A stretch of 64,000 nt of DNA from Dehalococcoidia bacterium (GCA_965232885.1 CBDDQX010000002.1:567868-631867); one strand, 5' to 3'. Counted from the first letter of the stretch, positions 40,509 to 50,817 are shown. Notes: generated by a model not told the origin, from the sequence alone. Program-made: numbers and translations.

Positions 40509-41930
40509 CTACTGGGTGCGGGTGATGGTGCCGTCCGCTTCGATGGTGATGCCGACGACGGTGCCTATCCCTTCATTGAAGACTTCCTGGACGAAGAATT
40601 CCCCCGGGCCGCCTACGCGGTCAACCCAGTTGGGCAAGACACTCTCTTCTACTGCGGTGTCGCTTAAAGCTCGCATCTCCGGTCCGAATTCGATGTATTC
40701 CAAACCGGCATCAATGTTTTTCTGGAGACCCAATTGGTTTTGGATCGAGCCGAGCCGCAGGGCCTCCAGCTCCATCCTGGCCGACTCCTCTTCGAAGATG
40801 GCCTTCAGGTCGTCGGGAATGGAAGCCCAAACATCACCGTTGATGACGTTATGGCTGGTAGGCCAACTGGTCAGCGGACCGTTAATGTAGTTGACCACCT
40901 CGTACCAACGCTGTCCGTGCCCTGCGTCACCGCCGGTCACGCCAGCCTCTAGGATGCCCCGCTCCAGCGCAGTGTACACCTCCGAGAAGGCCAGGAACTG
41001 AGCTTCTCCACCCATTCCGCGAATCCAGTCGGAAATGGATGTGCCGAAGGCGCGGGTCTTCATGCCCTCAAAATCCCCTGGCGTGTTAAGAGGATCCTTG
41101 GTGAAAAGGAAGATGTCGTCGCCGTTATGCCAGTTGATGCTTATGACATGTCCGCCCCCACTGTTATCCACCAACAATTTCTGCAGGTGCGGGTCTATGT
41201 TGACGGTGGCGCTGAACTGCTGCTCACGCTCGGTGTAAATACCGAAAAGCGACTGGATTTCCAGTTGCGGCAGCTCGCCAGCAACATAGACACCGAGGAT
41301 GCTGGCCATGTCGAGAGTGCCGTCCCGTACCTGAGTGAGAGAATCAGGGCCGGCGATGCCCAGTTCAGGGAAGGACGTGGGCAGAATCTGCAACTGCCCG
41401 TTGGTGCGCGCCTCCAAGTTGGGAGCGAGGAAATTCTCCACTATCTTGCAAAACACCAGTGCCCGGTTCACGCAGGCGTGCTGTATTTCAATGCTTTCCC
41501 CGCTGCTGGTCAGTTCTGTGGGATTGTCGAAGTTGGCCCGCTCGATTACAGACTTGTAATAATCGGACTCATACACGTACCGATGGTTCTCTAGGGCCGA
41601 GAGAGGCACGATCCCGTCCGCGTCTCCTTCGTCCGGAGTAGGCGCATCGCCGACCAGGGAGTTGAGGTCACCTACGTAAAAAGCGCCGGGACCGTTGGCC
41701 CGCTCAGCGGCAGCAGCCAGCACTGCCTCACTGAACTCGCTTTCCATGGCCGCCGGTTCCTCGGTAGCTTCCTCAACCTCAGTTGGCTCGACAGTTGGCG
41801 CCGCCGTGGGAGCCGCCGGGGCTTCTGTGGGTGCGGTGGTGGCTGTGGGAACCGGTGTAGCGGCCTCGCCGCAAGCCACCAGCAATACGCTTACGATTCC
41901 CAAAAGAAAGATTGCCAGGAATTTTCGCAT
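40509..41930 (-). CDS. TRAP transporter substrate-binding lipoprotein (DctP-like), copy 1
   Basis: Lipobox LVAC; MKTR; FSEVYTALERG; WYEV. Confidence 0.85.
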   Translation of the reverse strand: MRKFLAIFLLGIVSVLLVACGEAATPVPTATTAPTEAPAAPTAAPTVEPTEVEEATEEPAAMESEFSEAVLAAAAERANGPGAFYVGDLNSLVGDAPTPDEGDADGIVPLSALENHRYVYESDYYKSVIERANFDNPTELTSSGESIEIQHACVNRALVFCKIVENFLAPNLEARTNGQLQILPTSFPELGIAGPDSLTQVRDGTLDMASILGVYVAGELPQLEIQSLFGIYTEREQQFSATVNIDPHLQKLLVDNSGGGHVISINWHNGDDIFLFTKDPLNTPGDFEGMKTRAFGTSISDWIRGMGGEAQFLAFSEVYTALERGILEAGVTGGDAGHGQRWYEVVNYINGPLTSWPTSHNVINGDVWASIPDDLKAIFEEESARMELEALRLGSIQNQLGLQKNIDAGLEYIEFGPEMRALSDTAVEESVLPNWVDRVGGPGEFFVQEVFNEGIGTVVGITIEADGTITRTQ

Positions 41931-42270
41931 AGACACGCTCCTGTAAATTAAAATCACCGCTGTTTGCCTGGTCCGGCCTCGGATGCCGGATTCAATAGCG
42001 AACAAGGCGCGATTATAGGAACGTCACGAAAAGTCGTCAATACAGTTGGGTTAGCGAACTGAAAGCGTTATTACTGCAACATGCAACTCATAAATTGCAT
42101 CAAATCATAGCGAATTACGGAAAACTCCACCCGAACGCAGTGTAGTGGCCGTTCTTGCCAGTGTTGCTCCAGACCATTCCCTTTGTTGCTGAAGGCGTCT
42201 CAACAATGGCAACGGCCCCATCTCACATGGAGACGGGGCCGTTGGTGTCCCTTTTGATTGCCTTACTGAA

Positions 42271-43695
42271 CTACTGGTCTCGGGTGATGGTGCCATCAGC
42301 TTCAATGGTGATGCCGACGACGGGCCCGATGGCCCGGTTGAACACCTGAACGAAGTGAGAGTCCACGCCAACGCGGTCCACCCAGTTGGGCACCACCGAG
42401 TTGGACACTGCGTTATCGCTGTGGGCGCGCATTTCGGGGCCGAACTCGACGTAGGTCATTCCGGCATCTATGTTCTTTTGCAGACCCAACTCGTTTTGGA
42501 TCGAGCCCACACGCAGGGCCTCCAATTCCAGCTTGGCGGCCTCTTCCTTCATGATTTCCTTGAGGTCGTCAGGAATGGAAGACCAAACCTCGCCGTTGAT
42601 GACGTTATGGCTGGAGGGCCACGAAGTCAGGGGGCCGTTGATGTAACCGGTAACCTCGTACCAGCGCTGTCCGTAGCCCGCATCGCCACCGGTCACGCCA
42701 GCTTCCAGGATGCCTCGCTCCAGAGCGGTGTAGACTTCGGTAAAGGCTAGGAACTGAGCTGCCCCGCCCATGCCGTTGATCCAGTCTGAAATTGATGTGC
42801 CAAAGGCGCGAGTCTTCATTTCACTGACGTCTTCGGGCAGGTTAAGGGGCTTCTTGGTGAACAGGAAAATGTCGTCCCCATTGTGCCAATTGACATTTAT
42901 GGGGTAGCCGCCGGTTTCGTCAATCAGAAGCTGCTCAATATCCTCAAGCATTTCCACGGTAGACCCATATTGTTGCGACCGTTGGGTGTAAAGGCCGAAC
43001 AGGTACTGAATTTCCAGTTCCGGCAGTTCGCCGGCCACATAAGGGCCGATTATGTTGACCATGTCCAGAGTACCATCACCCACCAGGCCGAGGGAGTCAG
43101 GCCCGGCTATGCCCAGTTCTGGGAAGGAAGTCGCTTCCAGCAGCAACTTGCCGTTGGTGCGTTTTTCCAAGTTGGGCCCCCAGAAGGTTTCCATGATCTT
43201 ACAGAAGACCAAGGCCCGGTTTACGCAGGCGTTCTGAATTACGATGGGATCTCCGTCGTAGGTCATTTCCGTCGGGTTGGTGAACTTGGCCCGTTCAATT
43301 ACGCTCCGGTAGTAATCGGACTCATAGACGAAGCGATGCTTTTCCAGCGCGTCCAGCGGAACGATACCGTTGGCGTCGCCTTCATCCGGCGTGGGGGCCG
43401 GCCCTACCAGGTCGTTCAGGTCGCCAGTATAAATAGCGCCGGGGCCGTTGGCCCGCTCGGCGGCGATGGCCAGCAACTCCGGGCTGTAGTCGCCTTCCAT
43501 CTGTGCCGGTTCGTCTGTTGCGGACGGGGCCTCGGTGGCTGCCGGAGCGGTGGTGGCTGTCGGGGCTGCTGTGGGGGCGGCGGTAGGCTCGGGCGCAGCC
43601 GTATTGGTCGGTGGCACCGCCGTCGCAGAACTGCCGCAGGCGACGACCAGTAGCGCTACGATTCCCAATAATATGAATGCTAAGTATGTTCTCAT
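42271..43695 (-). CDS. TRAP transporter substrate-binding lipoprotein (DctP-like), copy 2
   Basis: Lipobox VVAC; MKTR; FTEVYTALERG; close paralog of copy 1. Confidence 0.85.
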   Translation of the reverse strand: MRTYLAFILLGIVALLVVACGSSATAVPPTNTAAPEPTAAPTAAPTATTAPAATEAPSATDEPAQMEGDYSPELLAIAAERANGPGAIYTGDLNDLVGPAPTPDEGDANGIVPLDALEKHRFVYESDYYRSVIERAKFTNPTEMTYDGDPIVIQNACVNRALVFCKIMETFWGPNLEKRTNGKLLLEATSFPELGIAGPDSLGLVGDGTLDMVNIIGPYVAGELPELEIQYLFGLYTQRSQQYGSTVEMLEDIEQLLIDETGGYPINVNWHNGDDIFLFTKKPLNLPEDVSEMKTRAFGTSISDWINGMGGAAQFLAFTEVYTALERGILEAGVTGGDAGYGQRWYEVTGYINGPLTSWPSSHNVINGEVWSSIPDDLKEIMKEEAAKLELEALRVGSIQNELGLQKNIDAGMTYVEFGPEMRAHSDNAVSNSVVPNWVDRVGVDSHFVQVFNRAIGPVVGITIEADGTITRDQ

Positions 43696-44139
43696 CTTTT
43701 TAATTCTCCTATTATTATCGACTTATTGCTCACGGAGTTTTCGCAACTATCGCTGCGTCCGTCCGCAGTTAAGCCGGAATTATAGGAATGCCTGCTAAAG
43801 GTGTCAACGCCGTTATGGAATAGTAAAATCGGTTTCTTCTTCTACTAGAAACGATAATCTACATATTGCTGCTGTTATAATACTAGAATTTAAGAAATCA
43901 TATTCTTAAATCGTAAAAATATGTATCGCTATCCGTAGATTAGACTACTGGAAAGCAATCTGAAAGAACCATGCCGGCCGACAACGGCTGCGGAGAATCA
44001 AGCCTCAAAAATAAACGCAGTGGGGAGGCGAGAGCCAGTTCTCCACTGCGTTCACAAGCGGTTGCCTACAATCCCCTCTGCCTCTAGGAGAGGGTTAGGG
44101 TGAGGGCAAACCACTCAACTGCGTAAGTCCTATTGAGAG

Positions 44140-44760
44140 TTAGGGCCAGCTCCACTCGAAAGCGGCGTAGTGGCCGTTCTTGCCGGTATTGTCCCAGACC
44201 ATCCCCTGGTCATGGTACTCGGCGCGCACACCCCGGGCTAGATAGAGGTCCCGGTTGACGCCGTGTCCCGTGTTGGAGAGAAGCATGGCATCGTCGCGGC
44301 CCGGAATCTGGATCGGCTCGACGCTGAAGTCCATCACGTCCGGCACGGTGACCGAGTGGACCTTCCCCTCGACGCGAAAGTCTATGGGAACGAAGTGGAC
44401 GCCCCTGAAGTCGGTGGTCATCGCCCTCCAACGTTCGGCAGGGCCACCCATGTCGCCCGACAGGATTTGCTCCAGCGCGGCCCGCTGCGGCCCGTCGGCC
44501 CGCTCGTCAATGTACATGGCGGAAGTCCAGCCTCCAGCAGCCATAGGTCCCGGGGTGAAATTGGCCGCGATGAAATTCAAGCCCGCCAGCGATACGCCGT
44601 CCAGTTCCCCCTCCTCAATGTGGAAGGCCAAGGCGACGTCGCAATGCCCCTCGGTAGGCTCGATGTTGGTCCCACGCACGATGCAGGGACACAGGATTTC
44701 GCAGTTGCAACTCTCGAAATACTCGCCCTTGAGCCGCCAGCGGCTGCCTGTGGTGGTCAT
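44140..44760 (-). CDS. DUF1326 domain protein
   Basis: ESCNC...CPC, PTEGHC, YIDERA. Confidence 0.85.
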   Translation of the reverse strand: MTTTGSRWRLKGEYFESCNCEILCPCIVRGTNIEPTEGHCDVALAFHIEEGELDGVSLAGLNFIAANFTPGPMAAGGWTSAMYIDERADGPQRAALEQILSGDMGGPAERWRAMTTDFRGVHFVPIDFRVEGKVHSVTVPDVMDFSVEPIQIPGRDDAMLLSNTGHGVNRDLYLARGVRAEYHDQGMVWDNTGKNGHYAAFEWSWP

Positions 44761-44968
44761 GGCGCGCCTCCTGCTCTCAATTTGTTACCGGAATTTTATT
44801 ACCGGAATTGTAACTCAAATGACATCAGGGTGTGCCGTTTCTGCCATCGCAATATACAATTGCGAGCGCGTTACGGTCAGACCGCAAGGAAAGGCAGGGA
44901 AACCGTACCAGGTAAGCCGCACCGGGATTACAATACCGCGAAGTGAACTTTGAGCAGGCCACAAGGAG

Positions 44969-45727
44969 ATGGACAAAATGAGGCTTGAAGGAAAGGTTGC
45001 CCTGATAAGCGGCGGGGCCAGGGGCATGGGCGCGACGGAAGCGCGGATGTTCGCGCAGGAAGGGGCGAAGGTAGTCATCGGCGACGTGCTGGAAGAGGAA
45101 GGACGCCAGACAGAGGCCGCCATCAACGAAAACGGCGGCGAGTGCGTTTTCGTGCGCCTCGACGTCACCGACGAATCGGCGTGGGAGCAGGCGGTGGACA
45201 CTGCGGTGAGCCGGTTCGGCAAGCTCGACATCCTAGTCAACAACGCGGGCATCGCCCGCATCAACAACGTGGAGGGCACCAGCGCCGACGAGTGGGACCT
45301 GGTGATGGACATCAACGCCAAGGGTGTATTCCTCGGCACCAAGGCTGCCATCCCGGCCATGCGGGACGCGGGCGGCGGCTCCATCGTCAACATCTCGTCC
45401 ATCGCCGGACTGGTGGGCGGGCGCACCTCAGCCTACACCGCCAGCAAAGGCGCGGTGCGGCTGCTTACCAAGTCCACGGCCATCCAGTACGCCCGAGACG
45501 GCATCCGCTGCAATTCCGTGCATCCGGGCGTCATCGAGTCGCCGATGACGCTGCCCATCATGCTGGACACCGAGTCGGGACGCGAGGAATCGGCAGCCCG
45601 CCACCCCATGGGCCGCATCGGGCAGCCGGAGGACATCGCCTACGGCGTCCTGTTCCTGGCATCGGACGAAGCGTCCTTTATGACCGGAAGCGAGCTGGTC
45701 ATAGACGGCGGTTTAACCGCTCAATAA
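44969..45727 (+). CDS. Short-chain dehydrogenase/reductase (paralog of 39677-40429)
   Basis: SGGARGMG, NNAG, YTASK. Confidence 0.92.
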   Translation: MDKMRLEGKVALISGGARGMGATEARMFAQEGAKVVIGDVLEEEGRQTEAAINENGGECVFVRLDVTDESAWEQAVDTAVSRFGKLDILVNNAGIARINNVEGTSADEWDLVMDINAKGVFLGTKAAIPAMRDAGGGSIVNISSIAGLVGGRTSAYTASKGAVRLLTKSTAIQYARDGIRCNSVHPGVIESPMTLPIMLDTESGREESAARHPMGRIGQPEDIAYGVLFLASDEASFMTGSELVIDGGLTAQ

Positions 45728-45814
45728 AGTCTCAGCATGATTGCCCTCGCGAGTTTCACCCCCACCCTAACCCTCCCCCTGAAGGGGAGGGGACAGATGA
45801 GAGGAGTAAGAGCC

Positions 45815-46405
45815 ATGACTACCGCCAGCCCTATTGACCCGAATCGCCTGTTGCTCACCGGCGAGAATCCGTACATCCGGCTCAGCGAGACCGACGACGG
45901 CCCGGTAACCAGCGACGCCAGCTTCTGGCGCATCCTGTTTTCGCCGGGCGGCCCGGGGCACGTGCTGTTCCTGCAAAGCGAGCTGACCGGGAGCGAGCCG
46001 CGCATCTATACCGACAATATCCAGATGACCCGCTGGCTGCAGGGGGAGATTCAGGGCAGGATCAACGCCACCTTCGGCAACCAGGAGATTCCGGCCACCG
46101 AAGCCAGCTTCCGAAGTTCCGGCGACCTTCGTTCCTTCTGGACGGAGTGGGTCAGCGCCCACGGAGAGGACATCGCCCTGACGTGGCACGACCTGGGCGA
46201 ACCGTTTATGAGCCACAGCTTCCCCGGCGCCAACCCGGAGCGGCCCCATGGCGTGTGCACCGTGCTGATTCCCGCCAACGGCGCGAGAATCACCCTCAAC
46301 GGCAAGCAGGCCTCGGGCCAGCCCTTCCCCCGACAGCGCGACGCCCGGGTTCACAGCACCTGCGCCCTAGCCTTCTCCGAGTCGTGGACGCTGCCTTACG
46401 AGTAA
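45815..46405 (+). CDS. Hypothetical protein
   Basis: RBS GAGGAG; host-like codon usage; no family recognised. Confidence 0.7.
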   Translation: MTTASPIDPNRLLLTGENPYIRLSETDDGPVTSDASFWRILFSPGGPGHVLFLQSELTGSEPRIYTDNIQMTRWLQGEIQGRINATFGNQEIPATEASFRSSGDLRSFWTEWVSAHGEDIALTWHDLGEPFMSHSFPGANPERPHGVCTVLIPANGARITLNGKQASGQPFPRQRDARVHSTCALAFSESWTLPYE

Positions 46406-46467
46406 ACCGTGGCCGGATAGGATAGGTAGCGAACTGAGGGGCGTCTGATTGGACGCCCCTCAACCTC

Positions 46468-47427
46468 TCAGCCCAGTAGCTTACGGGAGAGGTTCTCGTA
46501 CATATCGTCCACCATGGCCTCCAGACCATAGTCGGGGCGCCAGCTCCACTCCTGGCGGGCCGCGGTGTCGTCTAGGGAGTTGGGCCAAGAGTCGGCGATG
46601 TACTGTCGCAGGGGGTCTACGTCGTAGTCCATTGCGAAGTCCGGCACTCGCCGCCGGATGGCTGCGGCCAGTTCCTCCGGCTCGAAGCTCATGGAGTTTA
46701 CGTTATAGTCGGCGTGGCGCTTCAAGCCTTCGACGTCCACCTCCGCCACTTCGATGAGGGCCTTGATGGCGTCGGGGACGTACATCATGGGCAGGTAGGT
46801 TCCGGGGCGCAGGTAGCAGGTGTAGCGCCCATCCCGGATTGCGCCGTAGAAGGCGTCAACGGCGTAGTCGGTGGTGCCGCCGCCCGGCTCGACCTTCCAG
46901 CTCACCACGCCCGGGAGCCGCACGCCGCGAACGTCCAGCCCCACGCGCTCGAAGAAGTAGTTACCCATCAACTCGCCGAACACCTTGGAGATGCCGTAAA
47001 GCGACGTGGGGCGTTGCAGCGTCTCGTTGGGGGTGTTGTCGTGAGGGGTATCCACCCCGAAGGCGGCGATGGAGCTGGGGATGACCACCCGCTCCAACCC
47101 GGTAGCGCAGGCAGCTTCCAGCACGTTGAGCAAACCGATTATGTTCACCCGGTGGGCCAGAGGGCGGTTGGATTCTGCAGCCACCGAGAGCAACGAGCCC
47201 AGGTGATACAGGGAATCTATGCCATTGTCCCGTATGGCTCGCTCTATAGGTTCCTGCCCGGTTACGTTGAGTTGAACAGACGGGCCAGTGTTCGCCACCT
47301 CGTCTGTGAGAGTAGTGCGGTGCCACGCGGCAACTACGTTGTCGTTGCCGTACCGTTCGCGCAAGGCGGGTATCAGTTCGGAGCCAAGCTGTCCGGCTGC
47401 GCCGGTGACCAGTATGCGCTTCATCAT
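46468..47427 (-). CDS. NAD-dependent epimerase/dehydratase family (L-threonine 3-dehydrogenase-like)
   Basis: TGAAGQLG, YGISK, PGGGTTDYA, LPMMY. Confidence 0.85.
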   Translation of the reverse strand: MMKRILVTGAAGQLGSELIPALRERYGNDNVVAAWHRTTLTDEVANTGPSVQLNVTGQEPIERAIRDNGIDSLYHLGSLLSVAAESNRPLAHRVNIIGLLNVLEAACATGLERVVIPSSIAAFGVDTPHDNTPNETLQRPTSLYGISKVFGELMGNYFFERVGLDVRGVRLPGVVSWKVEPGGGTTDYAVDAFYGAIRDGRYTCYLRPGTYLPMMYVPDAIKALIEVAEVDVEGLKRHADYNVNSMSFEPEELAAAIRRRVPDFAMDYDVDPLRQYIADSWPNSLDDTAARQEWSWRPDYGLEAMVDDMYENLSRKLLG

Positions 47428-47480
47428 TTCACTATAATAACCGGGATTAGAATAACGGCATCGGCACAGGAGGAGCAAGG

Positions 47481-48110
47481 ATGTCCAGCCAAGAATCCGT
47501 CAAGGAAGCATGGGTGACTATTCCCAGCGAGGAAGAACACCGCGCCAGCCTGCCGACCGGCGCGCCCGCTGGCAACTACGATTTCGGCTACCTGCCCGCG
47601 ATGGGACGACTGCAAGCCAGGCACAAGCAGATTGGGCCGCTGTTCGGGGCGCTGTACCGGCAGGTCATGTTCGGCCCCGGCGAGCTGGACCGGCAGGAAC
47701 GGGAGATGGTGGCGGCGGTGGCCGCCGCGGCCCAGGACTGCCGGTATTGAACGGTATCTCACGCAGAGTTTCTGCGTTCGGAAGACGGCGACCCGGCCGT
47801 CGTGGAGGCGGTGACCCACCGGCGCTGGCGGGAGCTTGCCACGCTTACGCCTCGTCAGCGGGCGCTGTGCACCGTGGCGGAGAAGTTGAGCGAGACGCCC
47901 ACGCGCATGGTCGAGACCGACTGGCAACCACTGCGGGACCTGGGTTTCGACGACGTGGCGCTGCTGGAGGTGGGCCACATTGTGGGCATCTTCAATTACC
48001 TGACGCGGCTGGCGGACGGGTTCGGCCTGCAATTGGACCAACGCACCATAGACGCTTCGGAGACAGGCGTTGCGCTGCGCCGCCCGGCGGAACAGGCGGC
48101 GGGAAGGTAG
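47481..48110 (+). CDS. AhpD/CMD-family selenoprotein with in-frame UGA = Sec (CRYU)
   Basis: ORFs 47481-47750 and 47802-48110 share a frame, separated only by TGA 47748-50; CxxU followed by H; SECIS-like hairpin; selC present in window. Confidence 0.88.
47761..47777 (+). promoter_or_regulatory. Putative bacterial SECIS element
   Basis: ACGCAGA-GTT-TCTGCGT; loop G lies 18 nt after the UGA. Confidence 0.7.
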
Positions 48111-48119
48111 GAGAGAACC

Positions 48120-48557
48120 ATGATACAGCTTACAGAAGAGATGACGTCCCTGATTAACCGAGCTCGGGACGACGGGTTTCCCAGCATAGTAGCCACCGCA
48201 TCACCGGACGGGACGCCTAACGCAGGCTACATCGGCACGGTGTTGTGCGTGGGCGGCTCGACCTTCGTTTACCGCGACAGGACCAGGCGCCAGCCGCTGG
48301 AGCACATCGAGGAGAACCCCAAGGTCGTCGTGCTGTTCCGCAACGCCGCCGTGGATGCCGGGTGGAAGTTCCGCTGCACCGCCAGCGTCGTGCGGGAAGG
48401 CGAGGTCTATGACGATATGACCAGCCGGCTGGCCGAGTCGGGGCTGATCAGCGACCCCGAAATGCAGGGAGCAGCGATAGTTATTCTGCAGATAGACCAG
48501 GTGCTGACCCTGTTCGGCGAGGTGTTGCAGGAGCGCGAGCCGGGTATGCGCTGGTAG
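48120..48557 (+). CDS. Pyridoxamine 5'-phosphate oxidase-like (split-barrel) protein
   Basis: VATASPDGTPN, HIEENPKV. Confidence 0.75.
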   Translation: MIQLTEEMTSLINRARDDGFPSIVATASPDGTPNAGYIGTVLCVGGSTFVYRDRTRRQPLEHIEENPKVVVLFRNAAVDAGWKFRCTASVVREGEVYDDMTSRLAESGLISDPEMQGAAIVILQIDQVLTLFGEVLQEREPGMRW

Positions 48558-48644
48558 AGGAGTTTTCAACACAGAGCGCACAGAGGCCACAGGGTTTTTA
48601 TCTTTCTTGTGTTCTCCGCGCGCTCTGTGTTTGATTCGTGGCCT

Positions 48645-48890
48645 CTAATCGGCGATTTTCACCAAGCCGAACTGGTCGGGGTTGAGGTTGAAGGTACGGC
48701 CCAGACGCTGCCACCGGATTACCAGCCAGTGCAGGCCCGCCCCGGTGCGGCGAACAGTGGTGACTTCGCCGATATCGCCGACCTGGATCATGTGGCCGGC
48801 CCCTTCGACGGGGGCTCCCATGTTCACCTTCACCGGAATTTCGGCCACCGCCTCGACCTTGGTTCCTGCCTCAAATGCTTCGCAACTCAT
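48645..48890 (-). CDS. Small hypothetical protein (possibly SH3-like)
   Basis: 81 aa, beta-rich, GDIGEV; purine-rich RBS upstream. Confidence 0.5.
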   Translation of the reverse strand: MSCEAFEAGTKVEAVAEIPVKVNMGAPVEGAGHMIQVGDIGEVTTVRRTGAGLHWLVIRWQRLGRTFNLNPDQFGLVKIAD

Positions 48891-48970
48891 ACTTTTCCCT
48901 CCGTTTTCCTTCCATCATCGCCGTAAAACAGGGGACGCCCTCACTCTCTCCCTCTGGGAGAGGGAAACTG

Positions 48971-49062
48971 GGTTTTGTTGACATTTTCCCGTCATTCCGG
49001 CTTCCGCCGGGATACGGGAAGGAATTCCCGGACTACTGTATATTGCAAATGTCAACACGCCC
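48971..49062. mobile_element. MITE family B, second copy
   Basis: GGTTTTGTTGACATTT...AAATGTCAACACGCCC. Confidence 0.8.
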
Positions 49063-49090
49063 TAGAATCAAGTCAGGCCAGGTTCGGCGG

Positions 49091-50134
49091 TCATGCGAGA
49101 TTGGGGGCCACCTCTTCCATCATCAGGCGCAGGCTGTTGGACTGATTTTCCAAGGGAATCAGGTTGCCGAAGTTAATCTCGAACATCATCTGGTTCAGTC
49201 CCAGCTCTTCGGCCAAGGAGTTCAGCTTCCCGGCAACGGCCTCGGGCGTGCCGTAGGCCACCTTGTCCCGCAGCCAGTCGTCGTAGGTCATGTTGCGGAC
49301 CCGCTCGGCCTGAGCTCCCCAGTCGCCCAGGGTTCCGGAGCGTCCGGCATAGCTGCCCACCCGGTCAGACAAGCGTCCCATGGAGAACAGGGCGCTTTCC
49401 ATCGGTTCATCGTGGGCTTTCTGCGCGTCGTGGGAAAGGTAGACGGGTATACGCAGCCCCACCTGCCCATCTCCCTCGTGCCCGGCTTCCTTCCAGGCCC
49501 GGCGATAGTCGTCAATGGACGGCTTCAATTCCGCTAACGTGAACACGCGGGAAGGGTTGATCAGGATGTTGAAGCCCATGCGTCCGAGGATGGGGAAGCT
49601 CTCGGCGGAGGTGACACCCACCAGGATGGGAGGGTGCGGAGTCTGGAAGGGCTTGGGGTTCACCGAAAGTTCAGGTATGTTGAAATGCTCGCCCTCGAAG
49701 GAAAAGCTGTCGGTGGTCCAGGACTTCACTATGATTTCAATGCTCTCCTCGAAGCGGCCCCGGCTTTCCTCGAAGGGCACGCCGAATCCCTCGTGGACGT
49801 TGGGGAAGGTGCCCCGCCCGATGCCGAACTCGACGCGCCCGTCGCTAATCTGGTCGAGGGTGGCGATTTCCTCGGCGACTCGCACCGGGTTGGCCAGCGG
49901 CAGGAGCATCACGGCGGTGCCCAAGCGGATCTGCCGGGTGCGGGCCGCGATGGCGCTGAGTATCGTTATCGGGCTGGCCAGCACCCGGCCGGGGTTGAAG
50001 TGGTACTCGGCCATCCAAACCGAAGAAACGCCCAACTCTTCAGCCCGGTCAACCAGCGCAAAGGATTCCTTGAACGCCTCGTTTTCATTGGAGCCTTCAC
50101 GCACCGGGAATTCCAGGAACAGTCCAAGTTCCAT
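49091..50134 (-). CDS. Luciferase-like (LLM) flavin-dependent monooxygenase
   Basis: WMAEYHF, VAEEIATLDQISDGR, GIGRG. Confidence 0.9.
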   Translation of the reverse strand: MELGLFLEFPVREGSNENEAFKESFALVDRAEELGVSSVWMAEYHFNPGRVLASPITILSAIAARTRQIRLGTAVMLLPLANPVRVAEEIATLDQISDGRVEFGIGRGTFPNVHEGFGVPFEESRGRFEESIEIIVKSWTTDSFSFEGEHFNIPELSVNPKPFQTPHPPILVGVTSAESFPILGRMGFNILINPSRVFTLAELKPSIDDYRRAWKEAGHEGDGQVGLRIPVYLSHDAQKAHDEPMESALFSMGRLSDRVGSYAGRSGTLGDWGAQAERVRNMTYDDWLRDKVAYGTPEAVAGKLNSLAEELGLNQMMFEINFGNLIPLENQSNSLRLMMEEVAPNLA

Positions 50135-50340
50135 AGCAACCTCCGCCGCAGAGCCGGATAAGTGCGCTTGATTGTACAGCGATGGCTACGGGCGTCAAGC
50201 GGAGGTGTATTCCCAACATGGATGGACAGGATATACAGGATGGCATGGCATCCCTAGCCGGAATTCGTCCTTTCGCCTAGAATGACTGGCAGTGAAAGTT
50301 ATTTCGCAATGCCTCCCGGCAGGGCAATGGATATCAACAG

Positions 50341-50817
50341 GTGTTAGAAATGAACCGGCCTAACGGGGAATCAGCAAAGTACGCCGAACTGAGCCGACGC
50401 TACATTGAGAGAGCGGACGAATACTTACGGGCGGGGGACAGCGTACAGGCGTCGGAGAAAGGCTGGGGCGCTGTGGCAGAGGCCGTAAAGTCCATAGCCG
50501 AACAACGGGGGTGGAACCATTGGGGACACCATCTGCTGAATGATGTCGCATTCCAGCTATCCGAAGAATGGGATCGTCCAGACTTGCTGTCCATGTACGA
50601 CACTGTGGAAAAACTGCACATCAATTTTTACGAAGACGCCATGGAACTGGACGAAATAGGGTCCAGAATAGACGCGGCCAAGAACCTCTTGGGAGAACTG
50701 GCAGACCTGCGCAATCAGCCGCTGCGGACTCTCCCCATAGCAACTCGCGGACAACGCAACCGCTGGCGCAGGCTCACCGGCGAGCTGTTGCCCATAGAGC
50801 CGGAAGCTGGCGGCTGA
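50341..50817 (+). CDS. PaREP1 (HEPN-like) family protein
   Basis: GDSVQASEKGWGA...LHINFYE. Confidence 0.8.
   Translation: MLEMNRPNGESAKYAELSRRYIERADEYLRAGDSVQASEKGWGAVAEAVKSIAEQRGWNHWGHHLLNDVAFQLSEEWDRPDLLSMYDTVEKLHINFYEDAMELDEIGSRIDAAKNLLGELADLRNQPLRTLPIATRGQRNRWRRLTGELLPIEPEAGG

Noticed and set aside
45737..45814. N-terminal extensions of ORFs at 45737, 32362 and 39495
   Set aside because: The extra residues are translated REP/MITE sequence; downstream starts fit better.
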